DNA of 63,995 nucleotides, counting the filler, from Rhabdomonas costata (taxonomy: Eukaryota): assembly GCA_019059605.1 (NCBI GenBank). It is 14 parts of 14 records of this genome, joined end to end, with 100 filler letters (N's around TTAATTAATTAA, not from the genome) between each part and the next. Parts side by side here need not be neighbours in the genome. Positions count along the whole stretch, not along the records: positions 59,764 to 63,995 come from JAHMHO010000304.1; 13 more parts are not named here. One strand, given 5' to 3'. The position numbers and the translations under genes are program-made. Positions 59,946-63,995 of this stretch are shown here, in pieces (position 1 is the stretch's first letter; every line of letters starts with the position of its first letter). The notes beneath the pieces were generated by a model, which was not told where the DNA came from, made no database searches, and worked only from the letters and a program-made list of their open reading frames with translations.

Positions 59946-62900
59946 GTATCTCGGATGATGCAATGGTTGGAACGGGGGTGCCTTCCTCAGATTCGGGCCC
60001 TGTTGAGCACCCTGCGCATCCACGGGGAGGCCCCGGAGCTTGTGCTGCGCGTCCTGTTCGCGCTGGGGAACTTCACCGTCCAGCGTATGCCCGCCTCTCC
60101 TAAACAGAGCACAGCGTCGGTCACGCAACCTTCTGTGAAGATTCGTTGGCTAAGCTAACTTCTCCAGATCGCTTGGTCTGTTTAGGAGCAGGCAAAGGGT
60201 TTTATTTCCCCTCACTTGCTTTTTGTCGAAGGTGTATCCCTTACTCCCTTCATCCCATTGTGCGTTACAACGGGAATGACGGATCTTCTGCCCCTTTTTG
60301 CTATCTCTCCCCCCTCCCCACTCTGGGACATCAAGGAGTGACTCAGTTGGAACTGGGTCAGTGCTTTTTGCACCAGGGTCAATGCTGGCAATCCTCCCGC
60401 AGGCTTATCAATCCACCTGCACGCATTTGTCCTTGTCTCTCTCTCTCCTCATTTTCTTTCTCACTTAGTTGTGGTACAGCACGGCCTGGTCTCCGGGGGC
60501 GGGGTGCCCATCCTACTGAACATCCTGAACTCAGCTGTTCTCCCCGCAGTGGCGCAAGGCTGCTGCAAAGTGCTGGAGAACCTGTGCAGCTTGGACAGTA
60601 CTGCCACCCCATCATCCCACCCCCATACCTACTTCTCAGTCTTCTGCTCCGTGAGCCACCCGCCAAATGTCGGAAAGAGTGAATCTGGATTTGAAACAGG
60701 TGGCCGTGGGTTTAGTCATTTTGACTTCCTTCGAGGTCAGCTACCCAGACCCCGTTGTGTGAGATTTTGCTGAGATGCCGACATTGGACCCACGGCTGGC
60801 TCTCGTTTTGTATGCTTGCTTTGAGCTGGTGTATCGAAGCCCCTAGCGAACAAACTCAACCAGACTTGACGGGGTGACCTGCACCTGACACCGGTTTTTG
60901 TTCTTTTGGCAGTCGTGTAACTGCTGTTGTTATTGGGCGGTGTGGTTGATTTTTTGTTACGGCATTCTTTGTATGTAGGGGAGCACCTGGTGCCCAAGCT
61001 GCGGGAGCAGGGCTGTGGGAAGGGCCTTGTGACGGCCCTGGCGAAGCACAGCGGCTCGGGCCAGACCGACGTCCTGCAGGCCGTTCTGCGGGTGCTGCAG
61101 AGTCTGGCCGGTGCGTTCGTGTGTGTGTGTGTGTGTGTGCCGCTCTCTTTGTATGTACCCATCAAACGGCTTTTCCAAGTGCCATAAAGTCTCTTAAATA
61201 AAGGGGTGAGGTGAACTCTAAAGCAACCTGCTGGAGAACGATGATCCACATATAGGGCGGAAAGACCTCTGCGACACCACGTCAACTCGTGATGTGTGTG
61301 TGATGTGTTTGTAATGTAACGTAATTCTCCCGGATGTGATCGCCAATCTGGATAGTTAGGTTGGTTCTTACGTAAGCTGAATTCACTTCAGACATTTGGA
61401 AATTTGACCTCAAGGGCCTTCGGACAGTGTACAAAAGATAAAAACCAGGGTTGAAACAAAGTGCAGAGCAAAATTGGGCATTTCCGCTGGTGTCTAGCTG
61501 ATTTGTCTTGAGTTCTTTCCCTGTGATGGAAAACTTGCCCAGCGACGATTTTATTGACTATTTCATGAACGGATAAAACACCCGCCCACTCCTTTCGCCC
61601 TTACGCTCAGGAAGCGCCGACGATAACTCCCCGCAGGCTATCCAAGGTCATCAAGAGCTCATCGCCGCGGGGATTTTGCCAGGCCTTCTACCGGTGTCCT
61701 ACTCTCCTCCTGCAGCGCTCATCTTCCCCGATTTTAGATCCACTCACAAATACATTCATCTGGCACACGCACACACTCCCTCCCCTTTGTGTCATCATCA
61801 GCCAGCTGAGCCCTGGCGCATACGCACCCAAGACAGGGACACCAGAAGACCGAAAACCGAGTTATCAGCAGTTATCAGCATACAAACACTCTCTCCCTCT
61901 CTCTCTCCCTCTCTCGACCAAAGCTCAAAGAGGCGACAGAGAAGACATCAAAAAGCCGTCAGGTCGTCGATCGTCAGGCGTTTGGCATTGTGGTTCATAG
62001 GGCATGTCCGCACCCTGTTTGTAGGTTGCATTAGTCGCAACGCACGCTATCTCTCACTGTTTTTTTTAACCAAATGTATGAGGCTGATGGGACGCTCCCC
62101 CAGTCGAAACCCCCTCAGCCAACCAAGGCGAGGGGTTATCCTCCTGAAGCCCCACGCCATTTATATTGGGGCGCGGGCAGACACACACACACATTCACTT
62201 ACTCACTGACTGACTCACTGACTCGCTCACTCGGACCTCACTCGGACCTCACTGACCTCACTGTCTCTCTCAGCTGCTGAATATGGAAGTCGCGGTGGCC
62301 GCCCAGGTGCTGTACCTTCTGCTCACCCTCTCCGTGGATATTTCCGAGGAGATCCGCAGTTCTGTGTGTACCCCTGGAGGTATGCCGAGGTGTTGCGTTC
62401 TCTCCACCATCCAACACATTGCGCTGGCGTTTGCATTTGTGTGAGGAAGGGGGCGAGCGAAGGCATCAAAAGTGGCGCTTGCAGTGGTTATGAGGCCTCG
62501 AAGTCCAGAGAGCGCCCGCTGGCTGGATAGGGCCGTGTTGCCTCCTTTCGGCAAATACTCATTTGCCTTTCCAGTCGCTGTGCAATTTTGCCCTTATTAG
62601 CTTACGTGTGTCCGATGTTATACGCAAGGGTTGGTGTATTTTTGGATCGATTGGTGTGCTTTTTCAACGCTTCAGCATTATTACTGTATGTTTTGGAATT
62701 CCGCGACAAGAGGCCGCTTGTAACACCTTGTCGCGAGATAAGATATGAATCATCTGTGAATATGCAAAGGATATGCGTGTATCCAAGTGTCTGACCATAT
62801 TGAAGTGGTATTTGACCAAAACCCACAAGGAGAGATGTGCGGAATGATGGAGCTCCTTCACATTGAGGTAGCACTCTGATCGTCTGTTTCGCCCGCCCCG

Positions 62901-63020
62901 ACCCACCTGCCTTCATTCCCACAGGCTTTGAGGCCCTGGCTCGAGCCGTCGTGGAGAAGGCCCACAGCGGAGAGCTACTGCAGTGTGCCATGCCCCTGCT
63001 GGTGAGGCTGGCCGGGGGTG
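59946..63020 (+). CDS. Armadillo-repeat protein, internal exons
   Basis: Exons ~59946-60084 (LERGCLPQIRALL...VLRVLFALGNFT), ~60469-60597 (GGVPILLNIL...CCKVLENLC), ~60979-61110 (GCGKGLVTALAKH...VLRVLQSLA), ~61611-61693, ~62274-62379 and ~62924-63018 carry ARM-like G-h-x-x-L-h-x-x-L / A-L-x-N-L motifs. Confidence 0.7.
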
Positions 63021-63995
63021 CAGGTCCGCAGGATGGGAGGAGGGGTTCCAAGTCTCGGCGCCTGCACCCGTTTCAGTGCCCTACAGCCGCTAGTTTCTTG
63101 CTTGATCAACTCCATTCGACCCGAAGAATCACATGCTCAGGAATTTAAGACTACGCAGAGGCCCCGTGTGAGCGTGTGCGCTCAATCTCCGTTGGCACAA
63201 TGGGTCTGTGAGTCATGTGGGTCCAGATTTCCAAAAGTTGAGGGGAGACGGTCCACCCCAGCACCGCGGGAATATTCTATTCTTTTGCCTAATGTTGCAA
63301 TGCTGAACCTCCATCAATTCAGTATGACCTTGAAAAATCCCTTCCACGCCCACGCCGGCCCTCTTTGCATACCGTCGATGACTTCCTCCGCTACTTCTCT
63401 CCATTGTGTCGTTTTCCTTCTCTCTCTTTTTCTCCGTCCCTACCGGTGAGATGCGCGGTTGAGTATCTCAGAAATCTCCACCCACCCCCAGAAATACAAA
63501 GGTGATCCGGTGATCCGTATCGTGCAAGGCAGCCAGGACGTGGAAGAAATTTCAACCCCGCTGGATGCTGAGAGACCTGCACCAGCAATTCCCAGTGCAA
63601 GCAGTGTATGCGCGGGAGGGTAGATGAGTTAGGTTGAGGTGGGTGTGGGTGCAGCAACGACGCTGGCACACGTGGCAACGACCTTGCCCTCCTTCCTTAC
63701 TTCCGTGGTTGGGATGCTGGCGTCTCCCACGGAGGGCAAGGGCAGTGCTGTGGTCCCGATCGCATCGGCCCAGCTCTGCGCCATCCTCTCCTCAACCGAC
63801 CGTATGCCGGCGTGCGGCGTGAATGCGGCAGGCGAGCCTGCTGTAAGGGGTTGGGGCTGCTGGAAAATAGCACGCATTCACACGAACGATTTCACTTGAA
63901 CAGCCGCTGACCCCGCCCTCCCATCGACACATCCATGACCCCAACCTTCTCCTCCTCCGCGTCTGATGACTGGAGAATTACATTGCGGGGGCATA

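Overview
This window is not one locus. It is 14 unrelated contigs of about 4.5 kb, joined by artificial 100-nt spacers (N44-TTAATTAATTAA-N44), so adjacency across a spacer means nothing. The DNA comes from an intron-rich, flagellated microbial eukaryote. GC-rich exons, GT/GC-AG introns and an unusual GTNYG-like donor preference suggest a euglenid or euglenozoan (inference). Genes rebuilt by splicing exons by eye, mostly partial: SZT2-like (KICSTOR), USP34/USP24/USP9-like deubiquitinase, CFAP57/WDR65, MORN-repeat protein, multi-TM sensor histidine kinase, FIG4/SAC phosphoinositide phosphatase, cytochrome P450, GDPD 3' end, ZMYND10, secreted PAN/Apple protein, metacaspase, GT32 glycosyltransferase and an ARM-repeat protein. 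The most notable items are: (1) a decayed Ty3/Gypsy LTR retrotransposon carrying a trimeric dUTPase between protease and RT, with a second degenerate relative on another contig; (2) a metacaspase lacking both the catalytic and the secondary Cys; (3) a mitochondrial-clan-like P450; (4) an SZT2 homologue; (5) template-switch-type inverted duplications that may be amplification artefacts. All family calls are by motif recognition; no database search was run.
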